Of a stretch of DNA of 64,000 bases, positions 1 to 9,000 are shown piece by piece. Both the position numbers and the translations under genes were made by a program. How positions within the stretch are numbered: position 1 is the stretch's first letter; the number at the start of each line of letters is the position of its first letter. The DNA lies in contig CAVZVA010000010.1 in assembly GCA_963778655.1 (NCBI GenBank), positions 256,001 to 320,000 of the forward strand. The letters run 5' to 3'. Under the pieces are notes generated by a model that did no database searches, was not told where the DNA came from, and saw nothing but the letters and a program-made list of their open reading frames with translations. The stretch comes from an uncultured delta proteobacterium. Its GTDB lineage: Bacteria > Myxococcota_A > Polyangia > Polyangiales > JAFGIB01.

Positions 1-456
1 AGCGACGCCGAGATGCGGGCGCGCATCGAAGCGCACGCACGCGAGCGCAGCGGCGAATTCACGACGCTGGAAGCGCCGCGCGCGCTGGTCGCTGCGCTGC
101 GCGCGCTGGATCCGGGCGCGACCGACGTGGTGGTGGTCGATTGCCTGACCCTGTGGCTGTCGAACCTGCTGCTCGACGGCCGCCCGCCCGAGGCCGCGCT
201 CGGCGAGGTCGACGCGCTGTGCGATGTGCTGGCGACCCGCCGTGTGCACGCCGTGCTGGTCACCAACGAGGTGGGCATGGGCGTGGTGCCCGAGTCCGCG
301 CTCGGGCGCACGTTTCGCGATCTCAGCGGCCGCGCTCACCAGCGCCTGGCGCAGATCGCGGACGAGATCCACTTCGCGCTGCTCGGCGTGATGCTGCGCA
401 TCCGTCCCGAGCCCATTAGCGCAAACCCCACAGGAGAGCCGCCATGCAGCGATTGA
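1..456 (+). CDS. cobU: Bifunctional adenosylcobinamide kinase / adenosylcobinamide-phosphate guanylyltransferase (CobU/CobP), 5' end outside window
   Basis: Frame open from base 1 (SDAEMRARIEAH); motifs VDCLTLWLSN, VTNEVGMGVVP, RTFRDLSGRAHQ; adjacent to cobT/cobS. Confidence 0.95.
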   Translation, partial: SDAEMRARIEAHARERSGEFTTLEAPRALVAALRALDPGATDVVVVDCLTLWLSNLLLDGRPPEAALGEVDALCDVLATRRVHAVLVTNEVGMGVVPESALGRTFRDLSGRAHQRLAQIADEIHFALLGVMLRIRPEPISANPTGEPPCSD

Positions 457-1502
457 CCGAAGCGGTCGCCCAGATCCGTCCTGTGCCGCGCGCGATCGCC
501 GAGCAGGCGCAACGCAAGCTCGACTTCAAGACCAAGCCGCGCGGCAGCCTGGGGCGGCTGGAAACGCTGGCCTGCCGGCTGTGCGCGATCTACGGCAGCC
601 TCGAGCCGGGGTTGCCGGACAAGGCGATCGTGGTGATGGGCGCCGACCACGGCGTGGCCGCCGAGGGGGTGAGCGCGTATCCGCAGGAGGTCACCGCGCA
701 GATGCTGCTGAACTTCGCGCGCGGCGGCGCCGCGATCAACGTGCTGGCGCGGCACGCGGGCGCGCGCGTGGTGGTGGTCGACATCGGCGTCAAAGAAACT
801 CTGCCCTCGCTGCCCGAGATCCGCAGCGCGCGCATCGCCGCCGGCACTCACAGCTTCACCCGCGGGCCGGCGATGACGCGCGCACAGGCGCTCGACGCGA
901 TCGCCACCGGCGTGGCGCTGTCGGCGGAGCTGACCGGCGCGGGCACCAAGCTGCTCGGCATCGGCGACATGGGCATCGGCAACACCACCGCCTCGAGCGC
1001 GCTGACCGCGGCCCTGCTCGGCGTGGCCCCCGAAGAGGTGACCGGGCGCGGCACCGGGATCGACGACGCCACCCACCTGCGCAAGATCGAGGTCATCCGC
1101 CAGGGGCTCGCGCACAATCAGCCCGACCCGAGCGACGCGCTCGACGTGCTGCACAAGCTCGGCGGTTTCGAGATCGCGGGCCTGTGCGGGGTGGTGCTGG
1201 GCGCGGCGGCGCGCGGCGCGGCGGTGGTGGTGGACGGCTTCATCGCCAGCGTGGCCGCGCTGTGCGCGGTGCGGCTTTCGCCGGCCGCCGCCGACTACCT
1301 GATCGCCTCGCACCGCTCGGTCGAGGCGGGTCATCGCCTGGTGTTGCAAGCGCTCGGCCGCGAGCCGCTGCTCGACCTCGAGCTGCGCCTGGGCGAGGGC
1401 ACCGGCGCGGCGCTGGCGATGACGCTGTGCGACGCGGCGCTGCGGGTGCTGCGCGAGATGGCCACCTTCGAATCCGCGGGCGTCACCGACGCCGGAGCCT
1501 GA
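444..1502 (+). CDS. cobT: Nicotinate-nucleotide--dimethylbenzimidazole phosphoribosyltransferase
   Basis: TKPRGSLGRLE, ADHGV, GDMGIGNTT, GGFEIAG, LRLGEGTGA motifs; AGGAG RBS upstream. Confidence 0.97.
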   Translation: MQRLTEAVAQIRPVPRAIAEQAQRKLDFKTKPRGSLGRLETLACRLCAIYGSLEPGLPDKAIVVMGADHGVAAEGVSAYPQEVTAQMLLNFARGGAAINVLARHAGARVVVVDIGVKETLPSLPEIRSARIAAGTHSFTRGPAMTRAQALDAIATGVALSAELTGAGTKLLGIGDMGIGNTTASSALTAALLGVAPEEVTGRGTGIDDATHLRKIEVIRQGLAHNQPDPSDALDVLHKLGGFEIAGLCGVVLGAAARGAAVVVDGFIASVAALCAVRLSPAAADYLIASHRSVEAGHRLVLQALGREPLLDLELRLGEGTGAALAMTLCDAALRVLREMATFESAGVTDAGA

Positions 1503-1509
1503 GCGCCGC

Positions 1510-2244
1510 ATGCGGGCCGGCCTGATCGCGCTCGCGTTTCTCACCCGCTTGCCGCTGCGCACGGGCGCGGTGGAGCCGGCGGAGCTGGGTCGCGCTGCCG
1601 GCTTCTTCCCGCTGGTCGGGCTGCTGCTCGGCGCGTTGCTCGCGGCTGCGCAACTGGGGCTCGCGCGCGTGCTGCCGCCGCAGCTCGCCGCGCTGCTGCT
1701 CGTCACCGCGTGGGCGCTGCTCAGCGGCGGCCTGCACCTGGACGGCGTGGCCGATCTGTTCGACGCGCTCGGCGGCGGGCGCGGCGACCGCGAGCGCATG
1801 CTCGCGCTGATGCGCGACAGCCGCATCGGCGCGCACGGCGCGAGCGCGCTCGTGCTGTTGCTGCTCGGCAAGGTGCTGGCCCTGGCCGAGCTCTTGCACG
1901 GCGGCGGGCTGTGGCCGCTGCTGCTGGCGCCCGTGGTGGCGCGCTTCGCGGTGGTGCCGCCGCTGGCGCTGATGCGCTACGCGCGCGAGGAAGGTCTGGG
2001 CAAGGCCTTTCACCAGCACATCCGCCGCCGCGATCTCGCTTTCGCTGCGGCGTGCCTGGTCGCCAGCGTCGCGGCCGCGGGCGCGCCCGCGCTTGCGCCC
2101 GCGTTGCTCGCGCTCGCGCTCGCATTCGTGCTCGCCGCCCTGGTCGCGCGCAAGCTCGGTGGCTTGACCGGCGACGTGTGCGGCGCGGTGATCGAGCTCA
2201 GCGAGCTGGCGTTTCTGCTGGCGTGCAACGCGACCGCGTGGTGA
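1510..2244 (+). CDS. cobS: Adenosylcobinamide-GDP ribazoletransferase (cobalamin synthase)
   Basis: FLTRLP, GGLHLDGVADLFD, MRDSRIGAHG, GGLTGDVCGA motifs; hydrophobic membrane protein. Confidence 0.96.
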   Translation: MRAGLIALAFLTRLPLRTGAVEPAELGRAAGFFPLVGLLLGALLAAAQLGLARVLPPQLAALLLVTAWALLSGGLHLDGVADLFDALGGGRGDRERMLALMRDSRIGAHGASALVLLLLGKVLALAELLHGGGLWPLLLAPVVARFAVVPPLALMRYAREEGLGKAFHQHIRRRDLAFAAACLVASVAAAGAPALAPALLALALAFVLAALVARKLGGLTGDVCGAVIELSELAFLLACNATAW

Positions 2245-2268
2245 CTGCGCGACGCGCGGCGGCGGCTC

Positions 2269-2297
2269 TTGACACCGTGCAACCCGCGGCGCATCGT
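2269..2297 (+). promoter_or_regulatory. Candidate sigma70-type promoter upstream of the riboswitch
   Basis: TTGACA at 2269-2274, 17-nt spacer, weak -10 CATCGT at 2292-2297. Confidence 0.45.
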
Positions 2298-2324
2298 CCT
2301 GCCGTCTGAGGCGCTGGCGCGCAT

Positions 2325-2487
2325 GGTGCTCGCCGGTGGTCGGGGCAAAGCCCCGATAGGGAAGCCGGTTCAAAGCCGGCGCGAACCCGTCACGGTAGGC
2401 GGTCGAACGCTCCCTCACTGGAGCCACTGGCGCAGCGGCGCTGGGAAGGCGAGGGAGCCTAGGATCGCGAGCCCGGAAACCTGCTCA
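2325..2487 (+). promoter_or_regulatory. Cobalamin (B12) riboswitch
   Basis: Conserved elements: AGGGAAGCCGGTTCAAAGCCGG (from 2358), GCCACTGG (2423-2430), CTGGGAAGG (2441-2449), B12 box GAGCCCGGAAACCTGC (2469-2484); upstream of a TonB receptor and after cob genes. Boundaries approximate. Confidence 0.92.
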
Positions 2488-2595
2488 GGCCGTCGTTTTC
2501 CTTTCGCCTCGGGGATGGTGGATGGATCGGGCCAAGCACGCCTTTCGCGCTCGCCGCAGATCCGGATTCCGTTCGCCGCAGGTTGAACGGAGCCG

Positions 2596-4647
2596 GTGCA
2601 CGTGGCCTCCCGCCTGACCGCGCTCGCGCTGAGCGGCGTGATTTCGCTGTGTGCGCACGCGGCGGCCCAGACGCCGGGTGATCGCGGGCAGCCGGCGCGC
2701 GAGGGCGCGTACGCGGCCACCGCGCTGGTGGTGCGCCCGCTTTCGGCGACCAACGGCGAGGATCCGAGCGCCGCCGGCACCGAGGTCGACGCGCGTGCGC
2801 CGCTTGCGGCGCAGGCCAGCGTTAGCGATGTGCTGCTGCAGGTGCCGGGCGCCAAGCCACTGCGGACCGGCGCCACGGGCAGCTTCGCCGGCGCCTCGCT
2901 GCGCGGCGCCGAGCTCGAGCACACCGCGGTGTTATTCGGCGAGATCCCGCTGTCCTCGGCCGACGCCGCGGCCTTCGACCTGAGCACGGTTCCGCTGTGG
3001 CTGCTCGATCGCGTCACCGTGTATCGCGGCGGCGCGCCCGCCTGGCTCAGTCAAGGCGCGATCGGCGGCGTGTTGCAGCTGCAGGCGCGCAGCGCGCAGG
3101 GCGAGGCGCTCGCGGCCACCGCCCTGGCCGGCTCGTTCGGCAGTTACGGGCTTTCGGCCGAAAGCGCGGTCGTGCCCGAGGACGCGCACGCGCCTTCGTT
3201 GCTGGCCTCCGTCGGCGTGCTCAGCTCGCGCGGCGACTTCAAGTACGTCTACGACAACAAGACCGTCTTCGATCCGAGCGACGACTACACCGTCGCGCGC
3301 AAGAACGCCGACCTGGTCGACGGGCACGCCTTGCTGCACGCGCGCCAGCCCGTCGGTCCCGGTGCGTTCGAGCTGCTGCTGCTCGGCTTCGAGCGCGCCG
3401 CGGGCGAGCCCGGCCCGCCCGCCGATCCGGTCTCCGCCGCGCGCCGGAATCTGACACGCGGGCTGTTCGGCCTGAGCTACGGGCTAACACGCCAAGACTC
3501 GCGCGGGGGGCGGCTGCTGCGGCTGCAGGCGCTGGTCTCGGGCAGCTTCGAGCGCGCGCGCGTGAGCGACCGCTTCGGCGAGATAAACCGAACGAGCGCC
3601 ACGCTCAGCGATGACCTCGGGCTGCGCGGCTTCGGCCGCCTCGCCGGCAGCGCGGCGCTGGCGCGTTTCTTGGAGCTGACCGTGGTCGGCACGCTGGCGC
3701 GCGACGCGCGCATGCCGGAGGACCGCCTGCGGCGCGTCCAGATCCCCGACTCGGGACGCACCAGCCTGGCCGGCGTGGCCGAGCTCAACCTGCACGCAGC
3801 GCTGGGGCAGCACCGCTTCGAGCTGCGACCGTCGCTGCGGATCGAGCACACCTTCGCCAGACTCTACGCGGACAGCTTCGGCACGCCGGGCGCAAACCAC
3901 GCCGGCGACACGCTGGCGACCTATCGACTGGCGCTCGCGCTCGGGCTGCTGGGCGGGCTCACGCTGAGCGCGTCGGCCGCCAGCGGCGCGCGCGTGCCGA
4001 GCATGCTCGAGCTGTTCGGCGATGGCGTGCTGCTGCTGGGCAACGTCGCGCTGCAGCCCGAGCGCAGCCGCAGCTACGACCTGGGCCTTACCGAGCTCGC
4101 GCGCAGCGGGCCACTTTCGCTGCGCGCCGAGCTGCGCGGCTTCGCGCTCGACATCGATGACCAGATCATCTTGGTGCGCAACTCGTTTTCCCAGCTGGTG
4201 CCGCAGAACCTCGCGCGCAGCCGCATCCGCGGGCTCGAGCTCGGCGCGCGCGCCGACTTCGGCCCGACGCTGTGGCTCAACGCCGCCGCCACCCTGCTCG
4301 ACACCGAGGGCAAGCCAGGGCGCAGGCTGCCGAACCGCCCGCCGCTGATCCTGTACGCACAGCCGGGCGTGAGCTGGCGTCCGGGCCGCGTGCTCGACGC
4401 GCTGCACGCCTTCGTGGAGATGAGCCTGGTCGGACATCGCTACAGCGATCCCGACAACCAGACGCCGCTGGAGCCGAGCCAGATCTTTTTCGGCGCGGGC
4501 GTCGCGCTCGCATTCCTGGGCTCGCACGCGGAGCTGCGCGCGACGCTCGGCGACGCGCTCGACCGCGGCGGCCACGACCTACTGGGCTACCCCCTGCCGG
4601 GGCGCAGCCTGATGACGTCACTGACCTACAGAGAGGGCAAACCATGA
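2596..4647 (+). CDS. TonB-dependent outer-membrane receptor, probable corrinoid (BtuB-like) transporter
   Basis: Signal peptide; plug motifs (SLRG, VTVYRGG..GAIGGV); barrel motifs (RVPSMLELF, LQPERSRSYDLG, GYPLPGRS); downstream of B12 riboswitch. Confidence 0.88.
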   Translation: MHVASRLTALALSGVISLCAHAAAQTPGDRGQPAREGAYAATALVVRPLSATNGEDPSAAGTEVDARAPLAAQASVSDVLLQVPGAKPLRTGATGSFAGASLRGAELEHTAVLFGEIPLSSADAAAFDLSTVPLWLLDRVTVYRGGAPAWLSQGAIGGVLQLQARSAQGEALAATALAGSFGSYGLSAESAVVPEDAHAPSLLASVGVLSSRGDFKYVYDNKTVFDPSDDYTVARKNADLVDGHALLHARQPVGPGAFELLLLGFERAAGEPGPPADPVSAARRNLTRGLFGLSYGLTRQDSRGGRLLRLQALVSGSFERARVSDRFGEINRTSATLSDDLGLRGFGRLAGSAALARFLELTVVGTLARDARMPEDRLRRVQIPDSGRTSLAGVAELNLHAALGQHRFELRPSLRIEHTFARLYADSFGTPGANHAGDTLATYRLALALGLLGGLTLSASAASGARVPSMLELFGDGVLLLGNVALQPERSRSYDLGLTELARSGPLSLRAELRGFALDIDDQIILVRNSFSQLVPQNLARSRIRGLELGARADFGPTLWLNAAATLLDTEGKPGRRLPNRPPLILYAQPGVSWRPGRVLDALHAFVEMSLVGHRYSDPDNQTPLEPSQIFFGAGVALAFLGSHAELRATLGDALDRGGHDLLGYPLPGRSLMTSLTYREGKP

Positions 4648-5951
4648 GCTACGGCGAGCTGGGATTGGGATTGTGCGCGCTGCTGTGCGCCTGCGCGGGC
4701 CAGAGCGGAACGGGGGTGGGCGGCGCCCAGCACGACGGCTACTTCGCCACCGTCTCCAGCAACTACACGGGCGCCAGCAGCATTTCGCTGCTGGGCAAGG
4801 ACGGCAAGGTGGTGGACGCGCAGTGGGTCGGCTCCAAGGCCGCCAACCCGGAGCTGCGCAACCCGCTCTCCGATGACGTGGTGCTGCCGACGGTCTCGTA
4901 TTCGCGGCGCTACCTCACCACCATCGAGCGCGGCCTGGGCGTGATCACGCGCTTCGATCTCGACCAGGGCCAGGTGCTCGGCCAGCTGCGCAGCGACGAC
5001 TCGGCGCCGGACGACATGGCCGCCTATCACAGCAACCCGCAGGACGTGTTCTACGTCGACGACCACAGCGCCTGGGTCAGCCGCTGGACGCCCAACCCGG
5101 ATGCGAGCGCGGAGCCGCGCGATCGCGGCGACGACCTGATCGAATTCGATCCGGGCAAGATGAAGCGCGGCGCGCGCCGCATCGATCTGTCGTCGCTGGA
5201 CGAGATGGTCGACGAGCAGCAATTCGACGACCAGGGCAACCCCGCACAGACCGTGAGCGCGGTCGCGTACGCACGACCCGCGGGCCTGGTGCCGGCGGGC
5301 GACTTTCTGGTCGTGGGCCTGGTGCGCGCCACCGACGCCTTCACCTACGCCGGCGGTATGCTCGCGATCGTCGATCCGGCAGCGGGCAAGCTGGTGGGCA
5401 GCGTGGCGATCGACGGTCTCAGCAACTGCGGCAGCGTGTACCCGGCGCAGGACGACGCGAGCCACGTGCTGGTCGCGTGCAGCGGCTCGTGGAGCGACGG
5501 CGGGGCCAGCGCCGGCATCGCCGAGGTCGCGGTGGACAGCGACGGCAAGGGCAAGCTGGTCGAGCGCTTCAAGCCCGCCGACCACGAAGGCGCGGCCGTG
5601 AGCTCCGGGCCGCTGGTCTCGATCGGCGCGCACGTGGTGGTGGCGATCGCCGCAGGCTCGCTCGACGCGGCGAGCATGCAGGTGAGCGCGCCCGACGCCG
5701 CCTATCGCGTCGACCTGGACAGCGGAGAGCAGAAGCTGCTCTACCAGAGCGAAGGCGCATTTGCGCTCGGCGTGCCTGCGTTCGAGCCGGACACCGGCGT
5801 GCTGCTGCTGCCGGACGCCGGCTCCAGCGACAAGCCGCTCTACGGCGTGCGCCGCTTCGTGCTCTCGAGCGACGGAACGCTCACCGACAAGGGCTTCGTG
5901 AAGGTGGCCGCGGACACCACGCTCGCGGTGCGCCAGGTGCAGCTGCTTTGA
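4644..5951 (+). CDS. Lipoprotein, predicted beta-propeller-like (YncE/BtuG-like), 435 aa
   Basis: ATG at 4644 overlaps the receptor stop (ATGA); lipobox LLCAC; beta-strand-rich repeats such as NPQDVFYVDDHSAWVSR. Fold is inferred. Confidence 0.75.
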   Translation: MSYGELGLGLCALLCACAGQSGTGVGGAQHDGYFATVSSNYTGASSISLLGKDGKVVDAQWVGSKAANPELRNPLSDDVVLPTVSYSRRYLTTIERGLGVITRFDLDQGQVLGQLRSDDSAPDDMAAYHSNPQDVFYVDDHSAWVSRWTPNPDASAEPRDRGDDLIEFDPGKMKRGARRIDLSSLDEMVDEQQFDDQGNPAQTVSAVAYARPAGLVPAGDFLVVGLVRATDAFTYAGGMLAIVDPAAGKLVGSVAIDGLSNCGSVYPAQDDASHVLVACSGSWSDGGASAGIAEVAVDSDGKGKLVERFKPADHEGAAVSSGPLVSIGAHVVVAIAAGSLDAASMQVSAPDAAYRVDLDSGEQKLLYQSEGAFALGVPAFEPDTGVLLLPDAGSSDKPLYGVRRFVLSSDGTLTDKGFVKVAADTTLAVRQVQLL

Positions 5952-6018
5952 CGCGCACGCGGGGGACGCCGTGCTGATCCCTGCCTCGGTGTCGTCTTCG
6001 CTCTGGTGCCCCGAGTCA

Positions 6019-9000
6019 CTACCCCTCGAGCTCGGCCAGGAAGCTGTCGGCCTCGGTCAGGCCCTCGTCCAGCGACTTGGCCTTGCGCGCCCAGTGCTGC
6101 GCGCGCCGCGGATCGCCGCGCAGCTGCGCGATCTGCGCTTGCTTGAGGAACGCCTTCGCGCGCGTGATCGGATGCGGGTCGTCCATCATGGTGATGGCCC
6201 GTAGCGCCTTCATCGCCACGTCGTAGTTGGCGGCCGCGAGCGCGGCCTCGGCCAGCTCGGCGGCGATCTCGCCGCTCTTGCGATCGATCTCGATCGCCTG
6301 GTTGAGCCACTTGAGCTGCTCCTCCTGATCGCCGCGCGCCGCGCTCAGACGCGCCATGCGCTGATACAACGCTGCCAGCTCGGGCGAGCGGCGGCGCTTC
6401 TGCGCCCCGATCGCCAGCTCCAGCATGTTCTCGGCCTCCTGCAGGCTGCCCTGCTGCACCGAGATGTCGATCATCAGCATCTGCGTCTGGGCGTCCTCGG
6501 GCTGCAGCTTGGCCGCCTCGCCCAGCGGCCCGAGCGCCGCGCCGGAGTCGCCGAGCTCCAGATACAGGCGCGCGGCCTGCTGGTACAACGCCACCCGCTC
6601 GGCGGCGTCTTGCTGGGCCTCGGCGTCCGCGAGCAGGATCGCCGCCAGCTCGGCCCTGGCACCAATCTCCTCGTACAGCGCGCGCAAGCGGGCTCGCAGC
6701 TGCGCGTCGCCGGGGTCGCCATAGTGCGCGCGCTCCAAGCCAGCGCGCGCCGCCTGCGGTCTGCCGGCCTTGGCGCAGGCGTCCGCCAGCGCGATCGCCG
6801 TTTGCGCGCGCGCCGCCCCGCTCTCCACGTCCAACAACCGCTCGCAGCTGCGCACCACGTCGTCCCAGCGTCCCTGTGCCTCGTCCCGTGCCCGCAACGC
6901 GCGCAACGCCTCGATGTCGTCGGGTGCCTGCTCGACCCAACCGCTGAGCATCTCGCGCGCGGCCTCGGCGTTACCGGCGGCCTCGTGCAGCTGGCACAGC
7001 CGCATCACGCTCTTGCGTTCGGTCGCCGCGTCGCCGGCGGTGAACGCCGCGGTCTTCTGGCGTTCGAGCGCGTCGATCAGCGCGCCGCTGGCCAGGCCCG
7101 GCGAAATCGCGCACGCCTCCTCGAGGTCGCTGACCGCGCCGGCCACGTCCTCGGTCTCCAGGCGCAGCTCGGCGCGCACCTTGAGCAGGTCCACACGCCC
7201 AGCGTCCTGCTGCGAGTGCTTCTCGAGCAGCCCGGTGACATCGGCGATCGCCGTCTCGTGCTGGCCGCCGGCAGCGAGATTGCGCGCCAGCTCGCCCAGC
7301 AGCGACAGGTCGTCGGGCGCGATCGCGAGCGCACGGCGTAGCGCTTCGGCGGCCGCGTCGAGATCGTCGAGCCGCTCGCGATAGAGCGAGGCCGCGTTCT
7401 TGAGCCGCGCCAGCGCCACTCCGCCCTCACCCAGGCGCGCGGCTTCGCGCTCGAGCAGCTCGGCCAGCGGCCGCCACATCTCACGCTCGGCGTAGAAGCC
7501 CTCCAGCTTGTCGCGCACGCCGTCGTGCTCGGGAGAGGCCGCGAGGCCGAGCTCCAGGGCCTGCTGCGCTTGCTCGAAGTCGTAGAGCTCGCTCCACATC
7601 TCGCACAACTGCAGCGCCAAGGCCGCGGCCTCGGAGCCGCTCTGCTCCTGCCTGAGCAGCGCGTGCATCACCTCGGCGCGCTCGCGCAGCTCGGCATCGG
7701 GCCCCAGCCGCTCGAGCAGCGCGCGCAGCAGACCGGCGTGCTCGGGCACCCACTGCAGCGCAGAGCGATAGGCGTCGAGCGCGGCCTCGGGCTGACGCTC
7801 GCCGTACAGCTCGCCGATGCGCAGGCCCAGCTCCACGATCGCGTGTAGGTTCTGCTCGTCGCGCGCGCGGTCGAAATGGCCCTGCAGCAGCTCCGCCAGC
7901 TGCTCGTTCATGCCGTGCTTCTGCAGGATGGTGGTGAGCAAGTCGGTGGCTTCGGCATGGCCCGGGTCGTCTTCCAGCAGCGCCTGCAGCGCCGGCACCG
8001 CCGCGCGCTCATCGCGCACCACCTCCAGCAGGAGCTTCGCGCGCGCCATGTGCACGAGCACGCGATCGACGGGCGAGAGCAAGTCGCGCAGGCACTGCTC
8101 GGCGAAGCCCTCGAAGCGCGCCCGGTCGTTCATCATGCGGTAGACCTCGAGCAGGGGCAGCCACAGCTCGCGATCGGTCGGGTCGTGCTCGAGCAGGCTT
8201 GTGTAGACCGCAGCCGCCACCTCGAGGTCGCCGCCCGGGCCGGCCGCCAGCTCCGCCAGCTCGCGGCACAGCGCGTCGGCTTCTTCGGGCTCGGCGTGGT
8301 CGACCGCCTGCTGCAAGCGCGCGAGCGCGCCCTTGACGTCGCCCGCCCGCTTGCGGCACTCGGCCCAGCGCGAGAGCAGCCACACCTGTTGCCCGCGGTC
8401 GCCGTCGCGCTCGGCGAGCGCGGCCGCCCGCTTGAGCAGCGCCTCGGCGCGCGCCGGCTCGGACAGACGCAGCGCGAGCTCCACGCCCTCGCGCAGCTCC
8501 TCGACGCCGGCCGCGTCGCTTTCTGCGCGCCGTTCGAAGTGCTCGAGCAACATCGCCTGGTCGCGCGCGCTACGCGCCACGCGCTCGAACAGCCCGCCCA
8601 GCCGCTTGTGCCCCGGCGCGCGCGCGATCGCCGCGCGCAGCACACTCTTGGCGTGCTGCAGATCCGTCAGCCCCGAGAGCGCGCGCTCGAGCGAGCTCAC
8701 GCCCGCGTCGCGCCAGGCGTCGCTCTGCAGCTCGAGCTCGGCCAGCGCAAACAGCGCCCCGCGCCGCTGCTCAACGGAGATCTGCTCGTCGCCGAGCTCG
8801 CCCACGCGCGAGAGCACCCTGCGCTGCTCGCTGTGATCGCCGCGCGCTCCGGCGACGCGCGCCATCGCCATCCAGGCCTCGATCACCTGGTGCCCGGAGG
8901 ACTCCACCCTGGCGTAGAGCCCGGCTGCACGATCGAGGTCGCCCAGCTCCTGCTCGATCGCCTCGCCCAGACGCAACGTCAGCCGGGCCGCCACGTCCTG

